A stretch of DNA of 64,000 nucleotides from NCBI RefSeq assembly GCF_009914755.1, contig NC_060939.1; one strand, written 5' to 3'. The stretch comes from the human T2T-CHM13v2.0 reference genome, Homo sapiens. The notes beneath the pieces were generated by a model. That model worked only from the letters and a program-made list of their open reading frames with translations. It was not told where the DNA came from and ran no database searches. Every line of letters starts with the position of its first letter. The stretch's first letter is position 1. Positions 27,125-41,327 of the stretch are shown piece by piece. The position numbers and the translations under genes are program-made.

Positions 27125-28090
27125 CATCGGGCTGCATTTACCTGAAAATACCAATAACAGGGATTTAAACAAAGTTGGAGTTCTTTTTCTCACATACTTG
27201 GAAATCTAGAGGTAGGCACTTGCTGGTATTGACATAATGACCTGAAGGATGTCAAGTCCTAGGTCTTTGGGGTTCTTTTGGCCTATCCCTTGGGGTCTCT
27301 AGATGGTCATTTCAACTCCAGCTTTCAAGTTCCATACTTCAAGCAGAAAGAAGTGTCAGAGGCATTTGAACAAGAGCAACTCCATCTTGAATAGGGGCTG
27401 GGTAAATTGAGTCTGAGACCTATTGGACTGCATCCCAGCAGGTTAATGCATTCTAAGACACAGGATGAGATAGGAGGTCTGCACAAGATACAGGTCATAA
27501 AGACCTTGCTGATAAAACAGGTTGCAGTAAAGAAGCCAGTAAAACCCATCAAAACCAAGATGGCGACAAGAGTGACCTCTGGTCGTCCTCACTGCTACAC
27601 TCCCAACAGCACCATGACAGTTTACAAATACCATGGCACATCAGAAGGCTACCCTATATGGTCTAAAAAGGCGAGGAACCCTCAGATCTGGGAACTGCCC
27701 ACTCCTTTCCTGGAAAATCAGTGAATAGTCCACCCCTTCTGTAGCATACAATCAAGAAATAACCATAAAAATGGCCAACCAGCACCTCATTCTGCTGCCT
27801 CTGCCTATGGAGTAGCCTTTCTTTTATTCCTTCTTTTTCTTAATAAACTTACGTTCGCTTTGTACCGTGGGTTCTCCTTAAATTCTTTCTTGTGCGAAAT
27901 CCAAGAACCCTCTCTTGGTGTTTGGATCAGGAGCCCTTTCCAGTAACTGAAGGAAGTTCCAGTGCCCATACAAGGGAAGTAAAACTTTCTTAGAAATCCC
28001 CAGCAGAATTCCATTTATATCTCTTTGGTCACAGTGGTATCCTATAGCAGCACCTATCTCCAAAGGAAGCTAAGGCATAGAAGTTTTCTT
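27125..28090 (-). mobile_element. Old MLT1 LTR split by MER41
   Basis: 'aataacagggatttaaacaaag...tctagaggtaggca' and 'cagaattccatttatatctctttggtcac'. Confidence 0.55.
27354..27948 (+). mobile_element. MER41 solo LTR (595 bp; A/B intermediate)
   Basis: TGTCAGAGGCATTTGAAC ... TTTCCAGTAAC; 4-bp TSD gaag. Confidence 0.9.
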
Positions 28091-28370
28091 TTCATTATTT
28101 ATTTTACCCTTTTAAAGCAGGGCACAAAATTACCCCCAAAAAAATCAAAATTCTGTTAAAATGGAAGAAGGGAAAATGTATTAAATATATGATGTAAGCA
28201 ACTTAAGATGCTCTGCTAATGCATGTTGAGGGAATTACAAATAGTTGGTATAGCTAGATGATAGAATGTCAGAAGATTGGTAAGAGATAAAGGCTGGAGC
28301 CACAAGCCAAACTGAGCCAAGGACAAATCTAAAAGTTTATTTGTGCAAAAAAAAAAAAAAAAAAAAAAAA

Positions 28371-28480
28371 GTCTTTTTTAAGACGAGGTTTCACTTTGTT
28401 GCCCAGGCTGGTCTTGAGTACGTGGGCTCAGGTAATCCTCCTGCCTCAGCCTCCAGAATAGCTGGACTACAGGTATACAT
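28371..28480 (-). mobile_element. FLAM-type Alu monomer
   Basis: Single reverse arm. Confidence 0.8.
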
Positions 28481-28930
28481 AGTTCATTTGTGCAAAGTTT
28501 TTTCACAGGAAAATATACTCAGAGTTCCATGATGGGATACTGGGAACATTTGCCTGGTTACAGCCATATGGCAATAGGAAAGGAAGGCTCCATGTTCCCA
28601 TTACATTTTGGCCAATCAATTAATCAGAAACCTTCCAAGTCCTGGAAATGCAGCCAAGGGCAGGGTTCCAGCAGAAAATACTGACCGTTTTGCATAGGCA
28701 GCATAAGACCTGTTTTTAGCCCATGTCTTGATAAAAGTCACCGCCAATATTTCTTTTGCTATTATTCCTTTCTTTTTTTCCTTTCCTTCTACTCCTTTTT
28801 GCTTTGAATTTACACCAGTATGTGTCCCAGTGAGTCCATTTCTTCTCCCTTTTAAAATACGTTCTCAGCAAGTTTCCAAGCTCCTGACTAAAAGCCAGGC
28901 AAGGTCATTTCTAGACTTCAAGGTTTCTGA

Positions 28931-29263
<333 letters not shown>

Positions 29264-29299
29264 TAGTTTTCAAGTTTTTATCATTCTATCACATCATTG

Positions 29300-29749
29300 T
29301 GATATTATATATATATTATATATATTATTATATAATATAAAATATATAATATGTATAATATATAATATATCTCATATAGATACATATAGATATATATCTC
29401 AGCATCGTTCACAGTCGTTGAATGCACTGTACTACATTTCGTTTCTATTACAACGTTTACATTTCCTGGAGTCAGTAATCACTTCGGTTTCTGTTTTTAG
29501 ATATCTATATATAATATATATCTCTTATATAGAGATATATATTATAGATATAATATGTAGCTATATATGAGATATCCATATATAATAGATATCTCATATA
29601 TATATCTATATATAATAGATATCTCATACATAGATATATATAATCTCTCTCAGCATCGTTCACAGTCATTGAATGCACTGTACTACATTTCATTTCTATT
29701 ACAACGTTTACATTTCCTGGAGTCAGTAATCACCTCGGTTTTTGTTTTT
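29300..29749. repeat. AT-rich tract containing a duplicated ~102-bp unit
   Basis: 29397-29498 is repeated at 29648-29749 with 4 mismatches. Confidence 0.92.
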
Positions 29750-29759
29750 GTTTTCCTAC

Positions 29760-31230
<1,471 letters not shown>

Positions 31231-31794
31231 AGAAGGAATAGGACCTCAAAATCTAATTGCTAGTACTTCTTTTAGACTGATCCCTTTCACTAGAAAGAAA
31301 CTTTCATTCGCTTTTTTTAGGGAATGTAGGCCTGACCACCAGCATACCATGTTGCCTCATATATTTTTCTGCAAGTAAGATTATACTATACATAATGCTT
31401 TCTAAAATTTGTTTTTCATCTAATAATATATCCAAGCCACTCATGTCTGTAGGCATGGGAATATAAAATGGCTGTCTAGAATTTCATATTATAGACTATT
31501 CTTGACTTATGCTGATTCGACTTACAGTTTTTCAACTTTACAATGATGTGAAAGGGATATGCATTCAGTAGAAACTGTACTTCAAATTTTGAAGTTTGAT
31601 CTTTTCCTGGCCTAACAATATGCTGTCCAATACTCACAATGCTAGGCAATAGCAGTGAGCCTCAGCTTCCAGTCAGCTGTCAATCAAACAGGAGGACAGA
31701 CAACGGATACTCTCCAATGGATAGTGTTGCCAATGATATTGCCCAACTCTAGGCTAATGTCAGTGATCTGAGCACATTTAAGACAGACTAGGCT

Positions 31795-33257
31795 CATTCT
31801 ACCTGACTTCAAACTATACTATAAGGCTACAGTAACCAAAACAGCATGGTACTGATACCAAAACAGGTATGTAGACCAATGGAACATAACAGAGACCTCA
31901 GAAATAACACCACACATCTACAACCATCTGATCTTCAACAAACCTGATAAAAACAAGAAATGGGGAAAGGATTCCCTATTTAAGAAATGGTGCTGGGAAA
32001 ACTGGCTAGCAGAAAACAGAAACTGGACCCCTTCCTTACACCTTATACAAAAACTAACTCAAAAAGGATTAAAGACTTAAATGTAAAACCTAATACCATA
32101 AAAACCCTAGAAGAAAACTGAGGCGATACTATTCAGGCCATAAGCATGGGCAAAGACTTCATGACTAAAACACCAAAAGCAATGGCAACAAAAGCCAAAA
32201 TTGACAAATGAGATCTAATTAAACTAAAGAGCTTCTGCACAGCAAAAGAAACTATCATCAGAGTGAACAGGCAACCTACAGAATAGGAGAAAAATTTTGC
32301 AATCTATCCAGCTGACAAAGGTCTAATATCCAGAATCTATAAGGAACTTAAACAAACTTACAAGAAAAGAACAAACAACCTCAACAAAAAGTGGGTGAGG
32401 ATATGAACAGACACTTCTCAAAAGAAGACATTTATGTGGCCAACAAGCATATGAATAAAAGCCCATCATCACTGGTCATTAGAAAAATGCAACTCAAAAC
32501 CACAATGAGATACCATCTCACACCAGTTAGAATGGCAATCATTAAAAAGTCAGGAAACAACAGATGCTGGCGAGGCTGTGGAGAAATAGGAACACTTTTA
32601 CACCGTTGATGGGAGTGTAAATGAGTTCAATCATTGTGGAAGGCAGTGTGGTGATTCCTCAAGGATCTAGAACCAGAAATATCATTTGACCCAGCAATCC
32701 CATTATTGGGTATATACCCAAAGTATTATAAATCATTCCACTACAAAGACACATGCACAGGTATGTTTATTGCAGCACTATTTACAATAGCAAAGACTTG
32801 GAACCAACCCAAATGCCCATCAATGATAGACTGGATAAAGAAAATATGGCGTATATACACCATGGAATACTATGCAGCCATAAAAAAGAATGAGTTCATG
32901 TCCTTTGCAGGGACATGGATGAAGCTGGAAACCATCATCCTCAGCAAACTAATACAGGAACAGAAAACCAAACCCCATGTTCTCACTCATAAGTGGGAGT
33001 TGAGCAGTGAGAACACATGGACACAGGGAGGAAAACATCACACACCAGGGCCTGTTGTGGGAGAAGGAGCAAGGGAAGGGAGAGCATTAGGACAAATAAC
33101 TAATGCATGTGGGGCTTAAAACCTAGATGACAAGTTGATAGGTGCAGCAAACCACCATGACACATGTATACCTATGTAACAAACCTGCATGTTCTACACA
33201 TGTATTCCAGAACTTAAAGTAAAATTTTTTAAAATTTAAAATGAGAAAAAAAGAAAG
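31795..33257 (+). mobile_element. 5'-truncated L1PA (about L1PA8-like) ORF2 C-terminus plus 3' UTR
   Basis: ORF2 peptides [22 protein letters not shown] and MFIAALFTIAKTWNQPKCPS; disrupted by stops and frameshifts. Confidence 0.95.
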
Positions 33258-33603
33258 TATACCTATATAATTGATACAGGAGTACCATGATTAATACCCC
33301 AGTTTTATGAAAAAATATGAAGTCATTATGGAGTAGCAAGAATTATACTAACATAAAGACAAAGTAGAAATAAGACAAACAAACGAAAAAAGCAGACAAC
33401 TTAGGTCAGAATAGTGTAATCTTGCCAAAGGTCATATAGCAATGTATAAGTAAGTACTCTTAATTAAGTGGTAAATTGCTCAATGTCATTGTTCATGTCT
33501 CCTTAGTATGAATAAACAATAATCATTATTGTTTTCCTATCAATAAAAAAAAGATAGATAGGCTAAGCTATGATGTTCGGTAACTTAGGTGTATTAAATG
33601 CAT

Positions 33604-33905
33604 TTTATTTTATTTATTTTTCTGAGACAAAGTGTCACTCTGTCATCCAGGCTGGAGTGCAATTGTGCAACTATAGCTCACTGCAACCCTGACCTCCTGG
33701 GCTCAAGCGATTCTACCACCTCAGCCTCCTAAGCAGCTAGGACTACAGGTGTGCACGTCCATACTCAGCTAATTTTTTTGTGTTTCATAGAGATGGGGCT
33801 CTCACTCTATTGCCCAGGCTGGTCTTGAACTCCTGACCTCAAGGGATCCTCCTGTCTCAGCCTTCCAACTGTTAGGATTACAGGTGAGAGCCATTATGCT
33901 TGGCC
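33604..33905 (-). mobile_element. AluJ
   Basis: TSD attaaatgcatttt. Confidence 0.93.
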
Positions 33906-34489
33906 ATTAAATGCATTTTTTACTTAGGGTATTTTGAACTTACAATGGGTTATAGGGGCATAACTCTACCATAAGTCAAAGAGCATCTGTATATATTAGC
34001 CATAATTTATAAACAGTTTCTAACTGATGGGCACTTGGGGATCTTTTTTCCTTATAACAACACCTTAATTGGGTCTGTATCTTTCCATACTTATGCAAGA
34101 ATATCTACAGGATTAATTTCTAGAAGTGAAATGATTGGATCAAAGAGTGTGCATATTTTACATTTTTGTCAATATTGCCAAATTATTCTCCAAGAAGTTT
34201 ATACCAATTCATACTACCCCTTTGACAGGATTTTTTTTTTTTAGACTCCAGCTGAACAGGATTTTTTAAAGTGTATCTAATTCTACTTAGGAAATAGATT
34301 TCTCTAATTATTAGTGAAGTTAAACAACTTTTATTATTTTTATTATCTATTTGCATTTATTTTAATATAAACTTAAAAAATACTTTGTCCATTTTTCCAT
34401 TGGGTGGTTAGTGTTTTCTTATTAATTTGTTCAGTTTTTCTGTACATTAAAGAAATTAGCTCTCTGCCCATTATTTACTCTGACATTTT

Positions 34490-35735
34490 CTTTTTTTTTC
34501 AACCTTTATTTTAGGTTCATGGGGTATATGTGCATGTTTGTTATATGAGTAAATTTTTTGTTGCTGAGGTTTGGTGTATGAATGATTCCCATCACCCAGA
34601 CAGTAAGCATAGTACCAGATAGGTAGTTTTTCAACCCTCCCTCATACCCTTCCCCCACCCCAGAAGTCCCTAGTGCCCAGTGTCTATTGTTCCCATCTTT
34701 ATGGCCATGTGTACTCAATGTTTAGCTCTCACTTTAAGTGAAAATGTGTGGCATTTGGTTTTCTGTTCCTGCATTAATCCACTTAGGATAATGGCATCCA
34801 GCTACATTCATGTTGCTGCAAAGGACATGATTTTGTTCTTTTTCATGGCTGCATAGTATTCCATGGTGTATACATACCATATTTTCTTTATCCAGTCCAC
34901 CACTGATGGGCATCCAGGTGGATCCCATGTCTTTGCTATTGTGAATGGTGCTGTGATGAACATATGAGTGCATGTGTCTTTTTGGTACAATGATTTATTT
35001 TCCGTTGGGTATACACCTAGTAGTGGGATTTCTGGGTCAAATAATAGTTCTGTTTTAAGTTATTTGAGAAATTTCCAAACTACTTTCCACAGTGGCTGGA
35101 CTAATTTACATTCCCACCAACAGTGTTTGTAAGTGTTCTCTTTTCTCTGCAACCTCACCAACATCCATTATTTTTTGACTTTTTAATAGTAGCCATTCTG
35201 ACTGGTATGAGATGGTGTCTCATTATGGTTTTGATTTGCATTTCTTTAATGATTAGTGATGTTGAGACTTTTTTCATATATTTATTGACTGCATGTATGT
35301 CTTCTTTTGAAAAGTGTCTGTTCATGTCCTCTGACCATTTTTTAATGGGGTTATTCATTTTTCGTCTGTTGAATTGTTTAAGTTCGTTATAGATTCCAGA
35401 TATAAGACCTTTGTTGGACGCACAGTTTTCAAATATTTTCTCCCATTCTTCAGGTTGTCTGTTTACTCTGTTCATAGTTTCCTTTGCTGTATAGAAGCTG
35501 TTTAGTTTAATTAGGTCCCACTTGTCGATTTTTGGTTTTGTTCCAACTGCTTTTGGGGACTTAGTCATAAATTCTTTGCCAAGGCTGATGTCCAGAATGG
35601 TATTTCTTAGGTTTTCTCCTAGGGTTTTTATAGTTTTAGATCTTACACTTAAGTCTTTAATCTATCTTGAGTTAATTTTTGTATATGGTGAAATGTAGAG
35701 GTCCAGTTTTATTCTTCTGCATGTGGCTAGCCAGT
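34490..35735 (-). mobile_element. L1PA (about L1PA15/16-like) 3' non-inverted part
   Basis: Poly-T, 3' UTR, ORF2 peptide [18 protein letters not shown] on the - strand. Confidence 0.93.
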
Positions 35736-36890
35736 CAAGTAGGCTCTTTTCCTGGGTTACAGGGATCATTCAACATATGCAAATCAATAAATGTGATTCA
35801 CCACATAAACATCATTAAAAACCATAAGATCATCTCAATAGATGTAGAAAAAGCTTTTGATAAAATCAAACATCCCTTTATGATAAAAACCCTCAACAAA
35901 CTAGGCATTGAAGGAATATACCTCAAAATAGTAAGAGCCATCTATGATAAACCCACAGACAACTTTTTATACTGAATGGGCAAAAGCTGGAAGCATTTGC
36001 CTTAAGAGCTAGAACAAGACAAGTATGCCCATTCTCACCACTACTATTCAACATAGTACTTGAAGTCCTAGCCTGAGCAATCAGGCAGGAGAAAGAAATA
36101 AAAGGCATCCAAATAGGAAAAGAAGAAGTCAAATTGTCTCTCTTTGCTGAGGATATGATTCTTTATCTAGAAAACCCTAAAGGTGTTGCCAAAAGGCTCC
36201 TTAGAGCTGATAAACAACTTCACTAAAGTTTCAGGATACAAAATTGATGTACAAAAATCAGTAGCATTTCTATACTCCAATAATGTTCAAGCTGAGACCC
36301 AAGTCAAGAAGACAATCTCATTTTTAATAGCCACACACACCCACAAAAGAAAATACCTTGGAATTAATCTAACCAAGAAAGTGAAAGATCTCTACAAGGA
36401 GAACCACAAAACACTGCTGAAATAAGTCATAGATTATACAAACAAAAGGAAAAACATCCCATGCTCATGGATTGGAAGAATCAATACTGTTAAAATGGCC
36501 ATACTGCCCAAAGCAATCTATAGGTTCAATGCTATTCCTATCAAACTACTAACATCATTTTTCACAGAATTAGAAAAAAATATTCTGAAATTCATATGGA
36601 ACTCAAAAAGAGCCTGAATAGCCAAAGCAATTCTAAGCAAAAAGAACAAAGCTGGAGGCATTACACTACCTGACTTCAAACTATACTACAAGGCTACAGT
36701 AACCAAAACAGCATGGTACTGGTACAAAGACACACATAGACCAATGGAACAGGATAGAGAACCCAGAAATGAAGCTACACAGTATAGCCATCTAATCTTC
36801 GACAAAGGCAACAATAACAAGCAATGGGAAAAGGACTCCCTATTCAATAAATGGTGCTGAGATAACTAGCTAGCCATATGCAGAAGAATA
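35736..36890 (+). mobile_element. Inverted 5' part of the same L1 (ORF2 RT region)
   Basis: Peptides [22 protein letters not shown] and [12 protein letters not shown] on the + strand; shared TSD ga(c/t)attttctttt. Confidence 0.93.
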
Positions 36891-37299
36891 GGATATTTTC
36901 TTTTAAATGTTCTTTCTAGTTTTTTTTCTAATGGAAATTTCAAAGTTAAATGTTTTTACTGTATGGATTGGATTTTATGTGATGATTAGAAAGGCCTTCC
37001 TTACTCCAAGATGACAAAAAAATATATTCACTATGTTTTTATCAATTGTTTCATGGTATTTTTCTATTATATGGAGGCACCATAATTTATTTAGACAGTC
37101 CTATAATGACCTTTATGTTGTTTCCAGTTTTCCAAAGGCCATGTCCTCTTGTTTTGTCCTGGACTCCCTGAGAAACTGAAGAGCAACAGGCAAATGTCTT
37201 CCTTATTGAGCGTCTTCCTTAAAATGTAAGATTTTCTTCTCCCATTTCAATAATCACCACTACTTTAACTGCATTTTATTTCATTTTTTGGTTCATTTT

Positions 37300-37530
37300 T
37301 GTTATCCTGCTCTCAAATCCTCCCTGCCATTTCACATGTGCATTAAAATGTCAGTGCCCAAAATTGGCATGATACTTTAAGGGTGTGACCAATTTCTAAG
37401 TTTAGCAGAAGGATATTTTCCCAGCTCCTGGATGTCAGAGACCTATTAATATATTTCACTATCACAGTTAGCTTTATAAAAACAGCCATACTATACTGCT
37501 GACTCATACTCAGCTGGTGGTCTCAAGCCT
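37300..37530 (-). mobile_element. CR1/L3 relic
   Basis: 'tgcccaaaattggcatgatact...cagccatactatactgctgactcatactcagc'. Confidence 0.55.
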
Positions 37531-37754
37531 AACCAGTTTATTAAACTAGAAATGATGTCCAATATGTTAGATGACAGAAAAAAATATTTGAAAAGTTCCT
37601 GGGATTTTGAACCCTGGGCCAAAATTTGAAGCTTATCAGGAAGACCACGAAAAGCTCATCATTTATGTTTAAAAAAAAAACCAACAATATGAGTACAAGA
37701 TAAGGATGATTTCCCTTAACACATAAACATTGAAACTTTTTGGATTACCATGAT

Positions 37755-37976
37755 TTAATATTGGCAACAATATTGCACAATGTAATGTGCAAAATTCATT
37801 ACATTTTTTGACAGCCATTTCACATTGTTGCCAATGTGAAAAAAAAAATTAATGGCTAACTGTTCACAGTCTCTCCCTTTTCTCCTTCAGCCAAGGAAAG
37901 TTCTTTCTTGGCAAGTTCAGTTCCTTGGCCTTGTTAAGAGATTGATGGATCGAGTAAGAGGGAAAAGGTTTGATTT
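37755..37976 (+). repeat. Copy 1 (donor) of a local ~220-bp duplication
   Basis: Near-identical to 38729-38922 plus 39258-39285. Confidence 0.93.
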
Positions 37977-38728
37977 AATCTCTTAGAAAAGTTGGAGAGC
38001 TGCACAAGAAAAAAGAAGATCCTGAGGATGAGAAGTTGCTGAGAAAGGCAAACGCCAATAAGCAATGGCTGAGACAGCAAGTTTGGGAAGCTTATGAAGG
38101 AGAGAAAAGAAAAAGAAATTAGATTAGCTGCTACGTCGTGGCAAGGGGGGCTTTTCAGATGAGGAACGAGATTTTTAATGAAGTGTTACCATGTGTTAGG
38201 AATATTGCATCACATTGCATGTGTTCTAAGAGACTTAAGTAAAATTTAAATATTTTTCCAATTATTTTTGGATGTCTGAAATGTGTGTCTTTGGTTGGAA
38301 CTTTGAGCTGAGAATCAGTCACAGGATATCTCAGCTATGTACAGGTTACAAAATCTTACATTGCATCAACAGAGCTATGGTGTTCAGTGCAATAAGGATG
38401 ACAATTATGTCTTTGGTCAGACAACATTTGCCTTATTATCTTCAGCCTTGGGTGCCACATTTTTACAAGGTGCATTGATTTGCTAGGGCTGCTATAAAAA
38501 AGTACTGCATACTAGGTGGCTTAAACAAAGTTTATTTTCTTACAATTCTGAAGGCTAGAAGTCCAAGATCAAAGTATTGACAGGGTTAGTTTCTTTGGAG
38601 GCATTTCTCCTTGGCTTGTAGATAGTCATCTTCTCCTTGTGTCTTCACTTGGTCCTTCCTCTGTGTGCGTCTGTGTCTTTAATCTCCTCTTTTTATAAAG
38701 ACACCAGCCACATTGGATTACTGCAAAC

Positions 38729-39751
<1,023 letters not shown>

Positions 39752-41327
39752 TAACACAAGCCTACTGACAAATTCATAATTTATTGTTATTTTTAGATCC
39801 CTTTAAATTTTATTGCTGATCATTCAAGACTCTTACCAAGTTCTCATAATCTGTAAACAACCAGAATATCATCAACTTCTTCATTAAATTGTTAAAAGTA
39901 GTGAATTAACCTGGTTGAAGCACATTATTGCTATTTGACTTAAAAGGATTTAGAATATGATAGTTTGTTAGGTTTGTGAAAATGGTATTATATAAATTGG
40001 TCCTTTGGAGATAAGGTATATATACACATGAAAAGAAACAATTCCTTCTCTCCTGTAAAATGAGGCAACTGGACCAGATAATCTCTAAGGTCTCTCCCAG
40101 TTCTAAAATCCTACAATTCTGGATCAAGAACAATAAAAATATAATATGTTATTTAAAATAATATTAAAGTATTGGATCTGTGTTATAAATTATGAACAGG
40201 TAGGAAAGACACAGCTCAAGGTAGGAGCTGTAGAAGGTTTTCTTAAAATTTGAATGGGTGATATAAAATATCTTGGAGGAAAGACCATCAGATTTGACTG
40301 CTAACCTAAATTTCGGCCTCAGAATCACAATAACTCATACTGATGGCAATTTAGATCCCAAGTTTTACATTGTTTTGATAACCAGAATTTTCTCTCATAG
40401 CTGCTTCAAAACTGACCCAGAAGAATCAACCACATCCCCTAATGCCCTGCTGTACATTTCATCTTTCTGCATAACTACATGAAAAATACATTATATCTCT
40501 CATCTCCTTGACTTTTATTTCATAGTTTGTTGCAGAAATAGTAGCATTTAATCAGCTTGAACTGATTGTCCATGTATTTAGACATAAAATAATAGATTGT
40601 AAACTTCTGCATTACACAGATAAATATCTGAGTTTGACAGTGTTGTAGGCATTATATTTATTCATATTTCTCAAGCTCATGCAGAAATCTATTCATATAC
40701 TTCTCAACAAGGCAGGATTACACAGATCTGCCAATCCCTAAAATTAGTTTTTAAAAATACCTTGTACAAGTCAAAAACATGGCTCATCTCTCAGAAGGTT
40801 GAAGACAGGCTAATATTTTACTTTTCTTAAAAAAAAAAAAGATAAGGACCTACTATCAGGCAAAATTTGTGAAAATGTAGCAGTAATACTTAGAGGTTGC
40901 TTTCTGCAGTGAATTATTAGACTTTGAAAGACTCTCATATACTGCAGAGGCTCATTTCTGACATCAAGTTGAAATCACTTTAGCATGAATAATTTTTAAA
41001 ATGAAATGCTTTTTGAGGATGGAAAAGAGCCATACTGGATTTTATCTGGTTATTAAATTCAAAAACGGCCTTGTATCAAGAAAGTGGATGTTGTGCCAAG
41101 CATTATTAACATATTCTATTTAGAAAAATGACATTGTTACTCATATGAAAACAGATGTTGCTCTAGATAAAGTTAAATGCCTTCACAGGTCTCAAGCATG
41201 TGTACATGAAATTATAGAAATTAATCATAGTTCAAGCAAGGACTTGACTCCACTTCTGCCGTAAAGAAAGTGTTTGGGTTATCTATGGCTGCATGACAAA
41301 CCATCCCAACACTTAATGGCTTAAAAT

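Larger units (their letters stand above)
31490..33990 (-). mobile_element. MER47/Tigger5-like element split by an L1 and an AluJ
   Basis: Pieces at 31490-31794, 33553-33603 and 33906-33990; terminal 'ccataagtcaaagagcatctgta'; continuity 'gagcacatttaag...taggctaagctatgatgttcgg'. Confidence 0.8.

Noticed and set aside
26467-27948. Two adjacent MER41 LTRs as the ends of one provirus
   Set aside because: The spacer is MLT1-like rather than ERV internal sequence, the LTRs differ by a ~38-bp indel and many substitutions, and the second has its own gaag TSD.
32391-36425. L1 ORF2 peptides as a functional reverse transcriptase
   Set aside because: They are 5'-truncated and fragmented by stops and frameshifts, with no promoter or ORF1, so the elements are inactive fossils.
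37982-38122. Short charged reading frame LRKVGELHKKKEDPEDEKLLRKANANKQWLRQQVWEAYEGEKRKRN
   Set aside because: It is only ~46 codons, lacks a start, has purine-rich composition that would explain the K/E bias, and matches no protein I recognise. A BLASTX search would be needed to revive it.
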